This document shows positions 9,497 to 18,961 of a stretch of 64,000 nt of DNA, piece after piece. Origin of the DNA: Candidatus Micrarchaeota archaeon (GTDB taxonomy: Archaea; Micrarchaeota; Micrarchaeia; Anstonellales; Bilamarchaeaceae); contig JAGVWJ010000008.1 in NCBI GenBank assembly GCA_018304385.1, forward strand, positions 32,308-96,307, in the 5' to 3' direction. The notes below the pieces were generated by a model. That model was not told where the DNA came from. It was given only the letters and a program-made list of their open reading frames with translations, and ran no database searches. The stretch's first letter is position 1. Each line of letters starts with the position of its first letter. Made by a program: the position numbers and the translations under genes.

Positions 9497-10354
9497 TCAC
9501 TTCCCCAAACTCGCTAGAGCCAATCCCTGCCTAGAAGCAAGGGTGAGAAGCTGCCCTATTGCGTTTGAGGAGTATAAGTTGCCATTCAAAGCTACGTTTA
9601 GCGATTGCATATATGCATCGCGTAATAAAATCTCAACATTCTGTTTTGTTGGATACTTTGCATTAATAGAAAGATTAAAAGCGTCATTTAATGACGAGCC
9701 TAGCGCTGCATGCAGTGTATCATCTATATTAAGCAATTCAGCACTATAAATATAATGTTGATCGTAACCTGCAATTAATCTAACGGATATTTCAAATGGC
9801 TTAACATTTAATTTTTGTAATGCCTTAGTCTTTAGATCATTTAGAGTTTCGCCAGACTTTGCAACAACACTCTCTTTTGAAACAACTATTTTACCGCCTT
9901 TAATCTGTACGTTTATGCCTGCTCCCTTAAGTTCGCTGAGTGCTGGGCCAGGTGGCAAATCAGTCTCGCCTTCTGGTACTACTATGTCAAATGGCGCAAT
10001 CTCGCCAGTTTTTGCTGCCCTTCTCTTTTTATTTTCTTTAAAGAATTTATTAATAGCAAATGGTGAATCATTTGTCAGTATTAATGCAACTGGTTTATTA
10101 GTTTCACCTGAAAGCGCTGTAAGTTTTTTATCGCTTTCCAGCACGCGTTGTATAACTGGCTTTTTAAGCACTAAAACTTTACCGCCTTTATCACGGATTT
10201 TCTTTCTTAGTGATTGGAAAAGTGAATCTGATAATTTTCTTAAATCAATAACCACCAATGTCTTATACTTCTTAAGATCTGCCTTTACCTCTTCGACTTT
10301 TTGTATTTTTGCCTTAACTGTTTTTCTATTAACATCAGCTTTTTTCTCTACCAT
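9497..10354 (-). CDS. rpl10: 50S ribosomal protein L10 (P0), lacking acidic C-terminal tail
   Basis: PEGETDLPPGP..SEL..AGI..QIKGGKI motif; synteny rpl1-rpl10-rpl12. Confidence 0.93.
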   Translation of the reverse strand: MVEKKADVNRKTVKAKIQKVEEVKADLKKYKTLVVIDLRKLSDSLFQSLRKKIRDKGGKVLVLKKPVIQRVLESDKKLTALSGETNKPVALILTNDSPFAINKFFKENKKRRAAKTGEIAPFDIVVPEGETDLPPGPALSELKGAGINVQIKGGKIVVSKESVVAKSGETLNDLKTKALQKLNVKPFEISVRLIAGYDQHYIYSAELLNIDDTLHAALGSSLNDAFNLSINAKYPTKQNVEILLRDAYMQSLNVALNGNLYSSNAIGQLLTLASRQGLALASLGK

Positions 10355-10359
10355 AAGAA

Positions 10360-10992
10360 TCACATCACACGAACTGGTTTACTCATTGATAATTTAACAA
10401 ATACACTTTTTACGTTTCCTTCAGTTACCTTATTTTTTATTGCATCATATACTGAATCTATATTGTCAACAAGCTCATCAACGCTCATTGCCTCTGTTCC
10501 GACAAAACTCTGGACTGTTGGCAGGTATTTTCCTTTTGAAACTATGCGCACGCTTTTCTTTGCCTTTTCTATAAGCTCAGCAACATTACCTACGATTGGT
10601 TTTGGTAATTTACCTCTAGGACCTAAGTACTGACCTAGATTTTTAGCTACTTGTGCCATAAGGTTTGGTTGTGCTAATAGAACATAATTATCTGCTAAAT
10701 CCTTTAGCTTTGCTTTATCTGTATAAGCTGGAAGTTCATTTGGTGAAATAGTTAGGTCAACACCTGCCTTTTTTGCCTGTGTTGTTAATGTTTCTTCACC
10801 AATTACTCCTACCTTAGGTTCTTTTCCACCCTTTCCTTTTGGAAGTAGTACTTCTAAGTTAAGCCTGTTCTCTGTTTTAGAAAAGTCTACGCTGCGAACA
10901 TTTACTATTAGCTCTACGCTTTGCTTAAATTGGCGCTTGCCTTTTTCTTCCAGCAGTTTTGCTAATGAGTCTGTTAGTTTTTTCTTATCCAT
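10360..10992 (-). CDS. rpl1: 50S ribosomal protein L1
   Basis: R.FKQSVELI, LGQYLGPRGKLPKP, VKSVFVKLSM. Confidence 0.95.
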   Translation of the reverse strand: MDKKKLTDSLAKLLEEKGKRQFKQSVELIVNVRSVDFSKTENRLNLEVLLPKGKGGKEPKVGVIGEETLTTQAKKAGVDLTISPNELPAYTDKAKLKDLADNYVLLAQPNLMAQVAKNLGQYLGPRGKLPKPIVGNVAELIEKAKKSVRIVSKGKYLPTVQSFVGTEAMSVDELVDNIDSVYDAIKNKVTEGNVKSVFVKLSMSKPVRVM

Positions 10993-11155
10993 TAAAATCA
11001 AGCCCTCCCAATCCTTAGGATTGGTACAATTGGGTAAATATATGATTTGTTATGACGGGTTTTTAAATATTGCGAAATGATGAGCTATAAAGTTAGCGAC
11101 ACATACTCTCACTAAACAAGAAAAAGCTTAAATAAAGAATTTATAAGATATACTT

Positions 11156-11905
11156 ATGCCTAATCCCTTCACAAGCAAAAAAATTTTAATTGCTGTCTCT
11201 CTCATGCTTGTTATGTGTGGGATTGTGCTTACTTTCCATTTTCTCTCACCTCACTCTCAGAAAATCTCATTTCCTGGTGCAACACCCCAAAAAGGTACAA
11301 GTTCTGAAATAATCACTGATTGCACTCCAAAATTTAGCCATCACTTTACCGATGTTGATACTATAGATTCTATCGTGCCACCGGTTTTTAGAAACAGAGA
11401 AGGAACCATGCCAACAACCCTGATAAATACGATGGGTAAAACTCCCCTCTACATGCCTACGGCAGGAAAACTCACCCAGGGAGCATACTACACTGAACAA
11501 GGGACGGAATTTTATATGTGGGAAGTTGATGTTGGCTGCGGAATAACGATTACCTTTGACCATGTAACAGAACCCGTGGAAAAAATAAGAATGATGTTCT
11601 CAGATACTCCGAAAAATGATAGTCGCACTGCCTTTTTTGAGGCCCCCTTGAAATTGGAGGCTGGAGAGCTTGTTGGCCACACCACTGGTTCAGTCAATTC
11701 CCATAACTGGAATTTTGCGGTATATGATGTGAGGGAGAAAAACTTTTTGTGGGGCGCTAGCACATTTAGTGATATGCCCAAATACTACATGCAGGTCTGC
11801 CCTTTCAAGTATTATGAAGGGCAAATGGCTGCACCGTACGAAGATCTATTTGTTCTTTCTTTCAACGAGATAACTGTTGAGAAAAATCTTTGCGGGCATA
11901 AATGA
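11156..11905 (+). CDS. Membrane-anchored secreted protein, degenerate M23/hybrid-motif-like
   Basis: N-terminal TM; PLYMPTAGKL, ITFDHV, LEAGELVGHT, VCPFKYY resemble the M23 barrel. Confidence 0.5.
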   Translation: MPNPFTSKKILIAVSLMLVMCGIVLTFHFLSPHSQKISFPGATPQKGTSSEIITDCTPKFSHHFTDVDTIDSIVPPVFRNREGTMPTTLINTMGKTPLYMPTAGKLTQGAYYTEQGTEFYMWEVDVGCGITITFDHVTEPVEKIRMMFSDTPKNDSRTAFFEAPLKLEAGELVGHTTGSVNSHNWNFAVYDVREKNFLWGASTFSDMPKYYMQVCPFKYYEGQMAAPYEDLFVLSFNEITVEKNLCGHK

Positions 11906-11959
11906 ATAAACTCTTTTACTGAAAGATTTACAAAAATTTGTTCTACCATTTTTCCACCC

Positions 11960-12232
11960 TTAATTTCTTTTTCCACGAGAATTAAAAAATACAATTTTCT
12001 TTAGGAATTCCTTTGATTTTTTATGGTGATAAAAACCATAAACAAGGAATACTAACCCTATGAAAGTGCTCGCTAGCCCTATCCAGTGATAAAGTCCTGT
12101 TTGAAAATACCCAGTAAAAAATAGACCAGCTAGAATTATACTTAACCCAGTTCGAATGTAAGCTAAATAAGTTCTCTCCTCTGCAAGTTCTGTCCTTTTT
12201 ACTGCTAGTTCATCAGTTAAACTTCTTTTCAT
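11960..12232 (-). CDS. DUF202/YidH-family membrane protein
   Basis: RTELAEERTYLAYIRTGLS motif plus two TM helices. Confidence 0.85.
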   Translation of the reverse strand: MKRSLTDELAVKRTELAEERTYLAYIRTGLSIILAGLFFTGYFQTGLYHWIGLASTFIGLVFLVYGFYHHKKSKEFLKKIVFFNSRGKRN

Positions 12233-12263
12233 GAATGAGAATAAGATGGAAAACTATTTAAGA

Positions 12264-12377
12264 CTAGAGCTCTCCGACTCTTCGCTTTTGCCTTCGCTTC
12301 ATGCGCTTGCGCTTTTTCTTTACCCATTTCCAGCGCATTCTATTCTTCTTTTTCCATTTTCGCGGTTTGCTACCCAT
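12264..12377 (-). CDS. rpl41e: Ribosomal protein L41e-like (37 aa, absent from ORF track)
   Basis: Hand translation MGSKPRKWKKKNRMRWKWVKKKRKRMKRRQKRRVGEL; RMRWKW core typical of archaeal eL41. Confidence 0.85.
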   Translation of the reverse strand: MGSKPRKWKKKNRMRWKWVKKKRKRMKRRQKRRVGEL

Positions 12378-12480
12378 AGAATAATACCTCATGTAAACTA
12401 ATTAGAATTTGATTATTCGATTTTATTATGTTAGATTTTTATAGCTTAGCTTTTTCAAATCTCGCTAACAATATATTATC

Positions 12481-12574
12481 GGCGATGAAGTAAAAGAGGT
12501 ATTTATGATTCTCGAAGCGTAGAGAACTTTGAGGAGTGACTTAGTCACGTATGATTATAAAAAGAAACTGAGCC
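12481..12574 (+). ncRNA. Possible box C/D-like small RNA
   Basis: GGC/GCC terminal stem, AUGAAG C-like box, UGAGGA C'-like box, terminal CUGA, two internal hairpins; guides are AU-rich. Confidence 0.25.
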
Positions 12575-12690
12575 AACTGTGTTTTCTTCTATCTTCTCCT
12601 TATTATAAAGACGTCGTACTACTTATGTTTGCTATAGGGACGTGGTCTTATACATTCTTCATGCCACGTCGGCTGTTCTAGGTTTTCTTC
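12573..12690. repeat. Dispersed ~100-bp hairpin element, copy 1
   Basis: Aligns with 34918..35010 (same strand) and 54865..54980 (opposite strand); stem GACGTGG/CCACGTC. Confidence 0.8.
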
Positions 12691-12782
12691 TGGTGAACCA
12701 TAGGAACCATGAATAATTATTATATTAGATATATGAAACCCACTACAGTCAACCTTTTAAAGTTTATTTTCAAATTAAAAGT

Positions 12783-14153
12783 ATGCAGCCAAATAAAATT
12801 CTTGTAATTCTGTTTATTGCGCTATTATTCTTTTATGGGTGTAACCAGACTCAACCTACACCTCAACCTTCACCACAACCTGCTCCAAGCCCAGAACCGG
12901 CGCCTACTCCAGCGCCTCAACCTCAACCAACGCCTCAGCCCTCGCCCACTCCAGAACCAATAGACTATACAACATCTGATCAAAAAGCTGATGCAGTTGA
13001 TAAATCGCTAACTGCTTCCAACAAAGAATTCGCATTTAAAATTTTTAAAGAGCTTAACAAAGAGGACAACGATAAAAATATCTTTATTTCTCCATTTAGT
13101 ATTTCCGCTGCCTTAGCTATGGCATATAATGGGGCAGAAGGAGAAACCAAAAAAGCTATGGCAAATGCACTACAATTGGATGACACTGAAATAGAAAACA
13201 TAAATAATGCTTATTCAGATCTGATTGCAAGCCTAGAAAACGCAGATGCAGAAATAAAAATAAACATTGCAAACTCTATCTGGACAAGCAATGAGTTCGA
13301 GCCTATTGTTAAAAAAAGTTTCACGGATAAACTAAGATCATCTTACGACAGTGAATTATATACAAAAGATTTTGGAAACCCGCAAACAGCCAATGATATA
13401 AATGACTGGATAAACGATAAAACTGGGGGAAAGATAACTAAAATGATAGGTGATATAGACCCTAGTTTGGTTATGTTTATTATAAATGCTATCTACTTCA
13501 AAGGTGATTGGACAACTAAATTTGATGAAAAATATACAAAGAAGGATGATTTCTTTTTGTCTAGTGGGCAAGCGATTAAAGTTGATATGATGTCTGTTTA
13601 CGGGGGGAACTTTAGCTATTATAGAGGAGATAATTTCAAATTAGGTAGATTACCTTATGGAAGAAACAAAATCGCGATGTATATCTTCCTGCCAGATGAG
13701 GGCGTTTCTCTAGATCCTTTTATTGAATCGCTGGATAAAGAATTTAGTGAGTATATAAAAAATATGTGGCAAGAACATGAGCTTGAGGTTAAGCTTCCTA
13801 AATTCAAAATAGAATATGGCAAGAAAAGGATAAATAAACCTTTAGAGATATTGGGCATGCAAATAGCTTTTGATAAGTTGAATGCGAATTTCACAGGTAT
13901 TGCAGAACCAATAGATAATAATATTTACATAGATTATGTTGACCATAAGGCTGTAATTGAAGTTAACGAAAAAGGAAGTGAAGCTGCAGCAGTAACAGTT
14001 ATAGGGATAGGCATAACAGGTAGTGCTCCTGGCGATCTACCCCCAGAACCTCCTCGCCTTTTCGTAAACCGCCCATTCTTTTTTGTAATAATGGATGACC
14101 GAAGCGGATCTATATTATTTATGGGTAAGGTTGTTGATCCTTCTAAAAATTAA
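12783..14153 (+). CDS. Serpin (lipoprotein-like, Pro/Gln/Thr stalk)
   Basis: NIFISPFSI, NAIYFKGDW, EVNEKGSEAAAVT hinge, NRPFFFVI..ILFMG; signal ending in GC. Confidence 0.95.
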   Translation: MQPNKILVILFIALLFFYGCNQTQPTPQPSPQPAPSPEPAPTPAPQPQPTPQPSPTPEPIDYTTSDQKADAVDKSLTASNKEFAFKIFKELNKEDNDKNIFISPFSISAALAMAYNGAEGETKKAMANALQLDDTEIENINNAYSDLIASLENADAEIKINIANSIWTSNEFEPIVKKSFTDKLRSSYDSELYTKDFGNPQTANDINDWINDKTGGKITKMIGDIDPSLVMFIINAIYFKGDWTTKFDEKYTKKDDFFLSSGQAIKVDMMSVYGGNFSYYRGDNFKLGRLPYGRNKIAMYIFLPDEGVSLDPFIESLDKEFSEYIKNMWQEHELEVKLPKFKIEYGKKRINKPLEILGMQIAFDKLNANFTGIAEPIDNNIYIDYVDHKAVIEVNEKGSEAAAVTVIGIGITGSAPGDLPPEPPRLFVNRPFFFVIMDDRSGSILFMGKVVDPSKN

Positions 14154-14201
14154 CAAATAACTTAAAAATCCTTCTCATCCTAATTCTGTAAAGGAATTTT
14201 T

Positions 14202-15281
14202 ATGACACTCAAACGAACGCCATTCTACGAGATACATAAAGCAGCAGGTGGAAAACTAGTTGAGTTTGGCGGATGGGAAATGCCAGTGCAATATAGTGGC
14301 ATTTTAGATGAACATAATACGATACGCAAAGCAGTTGGCTTGTTCGATGTTTCACATATGGGCGAGGTTTACGCAACTGGCCCAAATGCCAAAAAATTTG
14401 TAAATAATCTGATTACTAATGATGTGAATAAACTTGTAGATGGCCAGATATTATACTCGCCAATGTGCTATGAGCATGGTGGAGTAGTAGATGATTTATT
14501 AGTGTATAGATTTAATGATGAAAAATTTCTGATTGTTATAAATGCGTCTAATGTAGATAAGGATTTTCAATGGATGAGCGAGCATATACTTGGTGCAGAT
14601 GTAGTAAACCATAGCTCGGATGTTGCTGAGGTTGCGCTTCAAGGACCACTTGCGCAAAAAACATTGCAAAAACTTACGAGCTTTGATTTAAATTCGCTTA
14701 AATATTTTTATTTTACTGAATTTGAAATTGTAGGTGTGCATTGTCTGATATCGCGTACGGGATATACAGGTGAGGATGGTTATGAAATTTACTTTGATAA
14801 TGCAAATGCAGAAAAAATATGGAATGCATTGATGGAAGCAGGCAAGGAGTTCGGAATAAAACCATGTGGACTTGGCTGTCGTGACTCGCTTCGCTTAGAA
14901 GCTGGACTTATGCTTTATGGAAACGATATTACTCAAGATGTTACGCCATTAGAAGCGCCATTGAAATGGACTGTAAAATTAGATAAAGAGGATTTTATTG
15001 GTAAAAGAGCATTACTAGAAAAACCAATTAAAAGAAAACTGGTTGGTTTTGAATTATTAGAACGCGCAGTGCCAAGACATGGTAATGAAGTTTATATTGG
15101 CGGTGAAAAATTTGATTATGTTACTAGCGGGATATTCTCTCCAACTTTGCAAAAGCCAGTTGGATTTGCATTTGTTCCAGTTGATTTGCCTCTTGGTGAT
15201 GGAATAGAGGTAAAAATTCGCGATAGATTAATAAAAGCAAAAACATGCAGCTATAGGTTTTATAAGATTGAGCGAAAATAA
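14202..15281 (+). CDS. gcvT: Glycine cleavage system T protein
   Basis: FGGWEMPVQY, GLFDVSHMG, SRTGYTGEDG, RDSLRLEAG. Confidence 0.97.
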   Translation: MTLKRTPFYEIHKAAGGKLVEFGGWEMPVQYSGILDEHNTIRKAVGLFDVSHMGEVYATGPNAKKFVNNLITNDVNKLVDGQILYSPMCYEHGGVVDDLLVYRFNDEKFLIVINASNVDKDFQWMSEHILGADVVNHSSDVAEVALQGPLAQKTLQKLTSFDLNSLKYFYFTEFEIVGVHCLISRTGYTGEDGYEIYFDNANAEKIWNALMEAGKEFGIKPCGLGCRDSLRLEAGLMLYGNDITQDVTPLEAPLKWTVKLDKEDFIGKRALLEKPIKRKLVGFELLERAVPRHGNEVYIGGEKFDYVTSGIFSPTLQKPVGFAFVPVDLPLGDGIEVKIRDRLIKAKTCSYRFYKIERK

Positions 15282-15295
15282 ACTAATGTGATATT

Positions 15296-15673
15296 ATGAC
15301 AATGAAATTTACTAAAGACCATGAATGGGTCCGAGTTGAAGGAGAAATTGCTGTTGTAGGGATAACCGATTACGCGCAAAAGGCATTAGGAGATATAGTT
15401 AGCTTGGAACTACCTAAAATTGGCAGCAAATATGATCAGGGAAAGCATTTTTCCATTGTTGATTCAATGAAAGCAAGCAGCGAAGTTTACGCGCCGCTTA
15501 GCGGAGAGGTTGTTGAGGTTAATTCTGCATTGAATGATAATCCACAATGGATAAATGAAAGTCCTCACGAAAAAGGATGGATTGCAAAATTTAAAGCTGA
15601 TAACCTAAGCGAGTTGGATAAGCTTATGAGCGAGGAAGAGTATAGGAAATACTGCGACAAGCATGTCCATTAG
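15296..15673 (+). CDS. gcvH: Glycine cleavage system H protein
   Basis: FTKDHEW, GITDYAQ..LGD, DSMKASSEVYAP lipoyl-Lys site. Confidence 0.96.
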   Translation: MTMKFTKDHEWVRVEGEIAVVGITDYAQKALGDIVSLELPKIGSKYDQGKHFSIVDSMKASSEVYAPLSGEVVEVNSALNDNPQWINESPHEKGWIAKFKADNLSELDKLMSEEEYRKYCDKHVH

Positions 15674-15716
15674 CGATGGACATGATGCCCATTGTTCGAT
15701 GCGTCGAACAATTGGG
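15662..15716. other. Tandem inverted repeats overlapping the gcvH stop
   Basis: catgtccat/atggacatg and ttgttcga/tcgaacaa hairpins. Confidence 0.6.
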
Positions 15717-15840
15717 AGGATTGAAACATTAGATCTATTGCGTCTATTTTTTTACTAGTAGTGTTATAATCGCAACATTTATAAATATAATTCTACTTAA
15801 TGTTAATTAAACCTAACATAAAAGAGATAATGTGATTATT

Positions 15841-17079
15841 ATGATTAACGAAAAAATCAAAAGAGCATTGGTAGAGTTTAACCCTTTTTGGGCCGCACCA
15901 ATTAAAATAGAGTACAAAGAAAGAATAATCTACGAGAGATTAAGGAAATTTATAAAAGAACCACAGATTGTTTCGCTATGCGGACTTAGGCGAGTAGGTA
16001 AAACAACAATACTCCAAAAGATAATTTACGATATATTAAAAGAAAATCCTTCAGATTCTATAATCTATTTCTCATTTGATGATTTTCCGACTTCTGAAAT
16101 CTTTGATGTTTTAGACACTTTCAAAGATATACATAAGAAAGAGCCAAGGTTCCTGATTTTTGATGAGATACAAAAGCTTCCGAACTGGGCTGAAAAAGTA
16201 AAAATACTTTATGATACAAAAAAATACAAGATATTCGTCTCTGGATCAGAATCACTATTTTTACGTAAAGGTTCGCGAGAAAGCTTAGCCGGCAGAATCT
16301 ATGAATTTGAGATAAAGAAACTGAACTTTGTTGAGTACCTGAATTTCGTTAGTAAGATAGATATGATAAAAAAGCCGCAATTGTATGAAACAGAGTTAAA
16401 AATAGAACTTAGAGAGTATCTATTTACTGGTGGTTTTCCAGAGCTGATTGGGAAGGAGGATAAAGCACTGATAAAACAGTATATCAAAACTGCGATAGTT
16501 GAAAAAATAATATTTAATGATATGGCTAGTATCTATCCAATCGAAAGTCCAGAAAAATTAATAGTAATATTAGAAATAATAATGGATAACCCTGGAATGA
16601 TTGTAGACTTTTCATCACTATCTCAAGAGATTGGGATAACTAGACAAACACTTTCAAAGTACTTTGAATATTTAGAGATGGCACACCTGGTAGTAAAATT
16701 ATATAACTTCTCTAGAAACAAGATAACATCTGAAAAACTACTTAAGAAATTCTATCCAACATTCCTAAGTACAGTCTTAACCGAAGAGAGCGAGGAAAAA
16801 ATAGGGAAGATAATAGAAACGACATGCGTAATTTCTACAGATGCAAAATTTTTCTGGAGAGATAAATATAAAGATGAGGTGGACATCGTACTTCAAAAAG
16901 ATAAGGAGATAATTCCAATTGAGGTAAAGTACCGAAATCAACCAAGTCAAAATATGGGATTGCGGAAGTTTTGCAAGAAGTATAAATGCAAAGAAGCGAT
17001 AGTTGTTACAAAGGATAAACGAGGAGAAAAAGAAGGAGTGAAATTTGTGCCGGTTTATGAGTTTCTTTTGGAGGTTTAA
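15841..17079 (+). CDS. AAA_14/DUF4143-family ATPase
   Basis: GLRRVGKTT Walker A, IFDEIQ Walker B, GGFPE, EVDIV..IPIEVK C-terminal motif. Confidence 0.9.
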   Translation: MINEKIKRALVEFNPFWAAPIKIEYKERIIYERLRKFIKEPQIVSLCGLRRVGKTTILQKIIYDILKENPSDSIIYFSFDDFPTSEIFDVLDTFKDIHKKEPRFLIFDEIQKLPNWAEKVKILYDTKKYKIFVSGSESLFLRKGSRESLAGRIYEFEIKKLNFVEYLNFVSKIDMIKKPQLYETELKIELREYLFTGGFPELIGKEDKALIKQYIKTAIVEKIIFNDMASIYPIESPEKLIVILEIIMDNPGMIVDFSSLSQEIGITRQTLSKYFEYLEMAHLVVKLYNFSRNKITSEKLLKKFYPTFLSTVLTEESEEKIGKIIETTCVISTDAKFFWRDKYKDEVDIVLQKDKEIIPIEVKYRNQPSQNMGLRKFCKKYKCKEAIVVTKDKRGEKEGVKFVPVYEFLLEV

Positions 17080-17081
17080 GC

Positions 17082-17570
17082 ATGGGTGTAACAATCAGAA
17101 AATTCCAGAAAAAGGATTACAAACAACTCCTTAACCTAGTCACCGAACTTCGTAAAACCAGTGAGAAACAACATGTATCAAAAAAACTTTTATCATTAAT
17201 AAGATACAAAAAGCATAAGAAACAGATTAGGGAGGATATTAAAAGGTATGTAAATTTTGAACCTAAAGTAGCGGCTTTTTTTGTAGCAAAGAAAAAGAGT
17301 ACGCTGATTGGGTACATCTGGGGGAACATTAACAGAAGAAGAGGAAGAGTTCTGGATAGAATCGGTTTCATCGAGGATTGGTTTGTCAAAGAGGAATACC
17401 GAAGGAAGAACATAGGAACTATACTCTGGGATAGGATGATAACGTGGTTCAAAAGAAAAAAATGCAATGGCTTGGAGTTAGAAGTATTTCCAAATAACCA
17501 TGAAGCAATCGAAATATATCATGCATTTGGCTTTGTTGATAAGTCTATCAAAATGATAAAGAAACTGTGA
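17082..17570 (+). CDS. GNAT-family N-acetyltransferase
   Basis: FVKEEYRRKNIG motif A; N.EAI.IY..FGF motif B. Confidence 0.88.
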   Translation: MGVTIRKFQKKDYKQLLNLVTELRKTSEKQHVSKKLLSLIRYKKHKKQIREDIKRYVNFEPKVAAFFVAKKKSTLIGYIWGNINRRRGRVLDRIGFIEDWFVKEEYRRKNIGTILWDRMITWFKRKKCNGLELEVFPNNHEAIEIYHAFGFVDKSIKMIKKL

Positions 17571-17697
17571 AGATTCTTCAGCTAATGATTATACTATCGA
17601 GTCCAAGTGGAGGACTCAGATAAAACCAAGATTCAAGAGCAAGTGCTTATAAATTTTATTGCAGTAATGTGTTCAACTAATTTTAGAGGGGGAGATA

Positions 17698-18960
17698 ATG
17701 AATTATATACCGATTACAGAGCAAGACGAGAAGGAAATGTTATCTTTGCTTGGTTTAAAAAGCATTGACGAATTGTTTGTAAATGTGCCAGCGAAGCTGG
17801 AACGTGAACTTGCATTGGATGCACCGCTTAGCGAACTTGAAGTTAGAAAAAAACTGCATGAATTAAGCGATAAAAATAAACCAATGAAATACTTTCGCGG
17901 TGCAGGTAGCTATTGGCATTACGTTCCTTCAGCAGTTAATCATATTATTTTACGTGGTGAATTTTTTACTGCATATACCCCTTATCAACCAGAAGTAAGC
18001 CAAGGAACGCTCCAGGCAATTTATGAATTCCAAACGCTAATATGCGCATTAACTGGTATGGATGTTGCGAATGCAAGCATGTACGATGCAGCTAGTGCTG
18101 CTGCAGAAGCAATGCTTCTTGCAAGAAGTGAAAATGAAAAAAATGAGGTAGTAATTGCAAATGAAATAAATCCGCAGTATGTTGAAACATTGAAAACATA
18201 TGCGAATGCTTGCGGATTTGTTATTAGTAATGAGTTAAGCGAACGAACAAGTTGTGTATTTATCCAACAACCAAATTATCACGGAAGTATTGAAAACCTG
18301 CATAAATTTGTTGCAGATGCACATGAAAAAGGAGCAATTGTCTGTGTGATTGTCGGCGAGCCTACAAGCTTAGCAATTATCGAACCGCCAGGAAATTTTG
18401 ATGTTGATATTGTTGTTGGAGATTTACAATGCTTTGGTAATGGATTAAATTTCGGCGGGCCAACTGGCGGGTTTATGGCTGTAAAGAAAAATCTTACTAA
18501 GAGAATTCCTGGAAGGCTTTGTGGACTAACTACTGACACACGCGGTAACCAGGGGTTTACTTTGACATTGCAGGCGCGCGAGCAGCATATACGCCGTGAG
18601 AAAGCTACTAGCAACATATGTACTAATCAGGCACTAAACGCATTGATCTCAACAGTTTATCTTTCATTACTTGGAAAAACAGGTTTGCAAAATGTTGCAG
18701 CTAGAAATTATAAGAATGCACATGCACTTTGCAAGAAGCTAGAGGCAGTAGGCTTTAGGCTTTTGAACACTGCACCTTTCTACAATGAATTTCTTATGCA
18801 AACGCCAGTACCAATCGAGACGCTGAATGCAAAACTTCAAGACAATGGTCTACTTGGTGGCTTAGAAATTGATAAAAATAAATGGCTGCTCTGTGCAACG
18901 GAAATGCTTGATGAAAAAGATATTGAAAAATTTGTTGATATTGTGAAGAGTGTGAGATAA
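17698..18960 (+). CDS. gcvPA: Glycine dehydrogenase subunit 1
   Basis: [40 protein letters not shown]. Confidence 0.97.
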   Translation: MNYIPITEQDEKEMLSLLGLKSIDELFVNVPAKLERELALDAPLSELEVRKKLHELSDKNKPMKYFRGAGSYWHYVPSAVNHIILRGEFFTAYTPYQPEVSQGTLQAIYEFQTLICALTGMDVANASMYDAASAAAEAMLLARSENEKNEVVIANEINPQYVETLKTYANACGFVISNELSERTSCVFIQQPNYHGSIENLHKFVADAHEKGAIVCVIVGEPTSLAIIEPPGNFDVDIVVGDLQCFGNGLNFGGPTGGFMAVKKNLTKRIPGRLCGLTTDTRGNQGFTLTLQAREQHIRREKATSNICTNQALNALISTVYLSLLGKTGLQNVAARNYKNAHALCKKLEAVGFRLLNTAPFYNEFLMQTPVPIETLNAKLQDNGLLGGLEIDKNKWLLCATEMLDEKDIEKFVDIVKSVR

Positions 18961-18961
18961 T

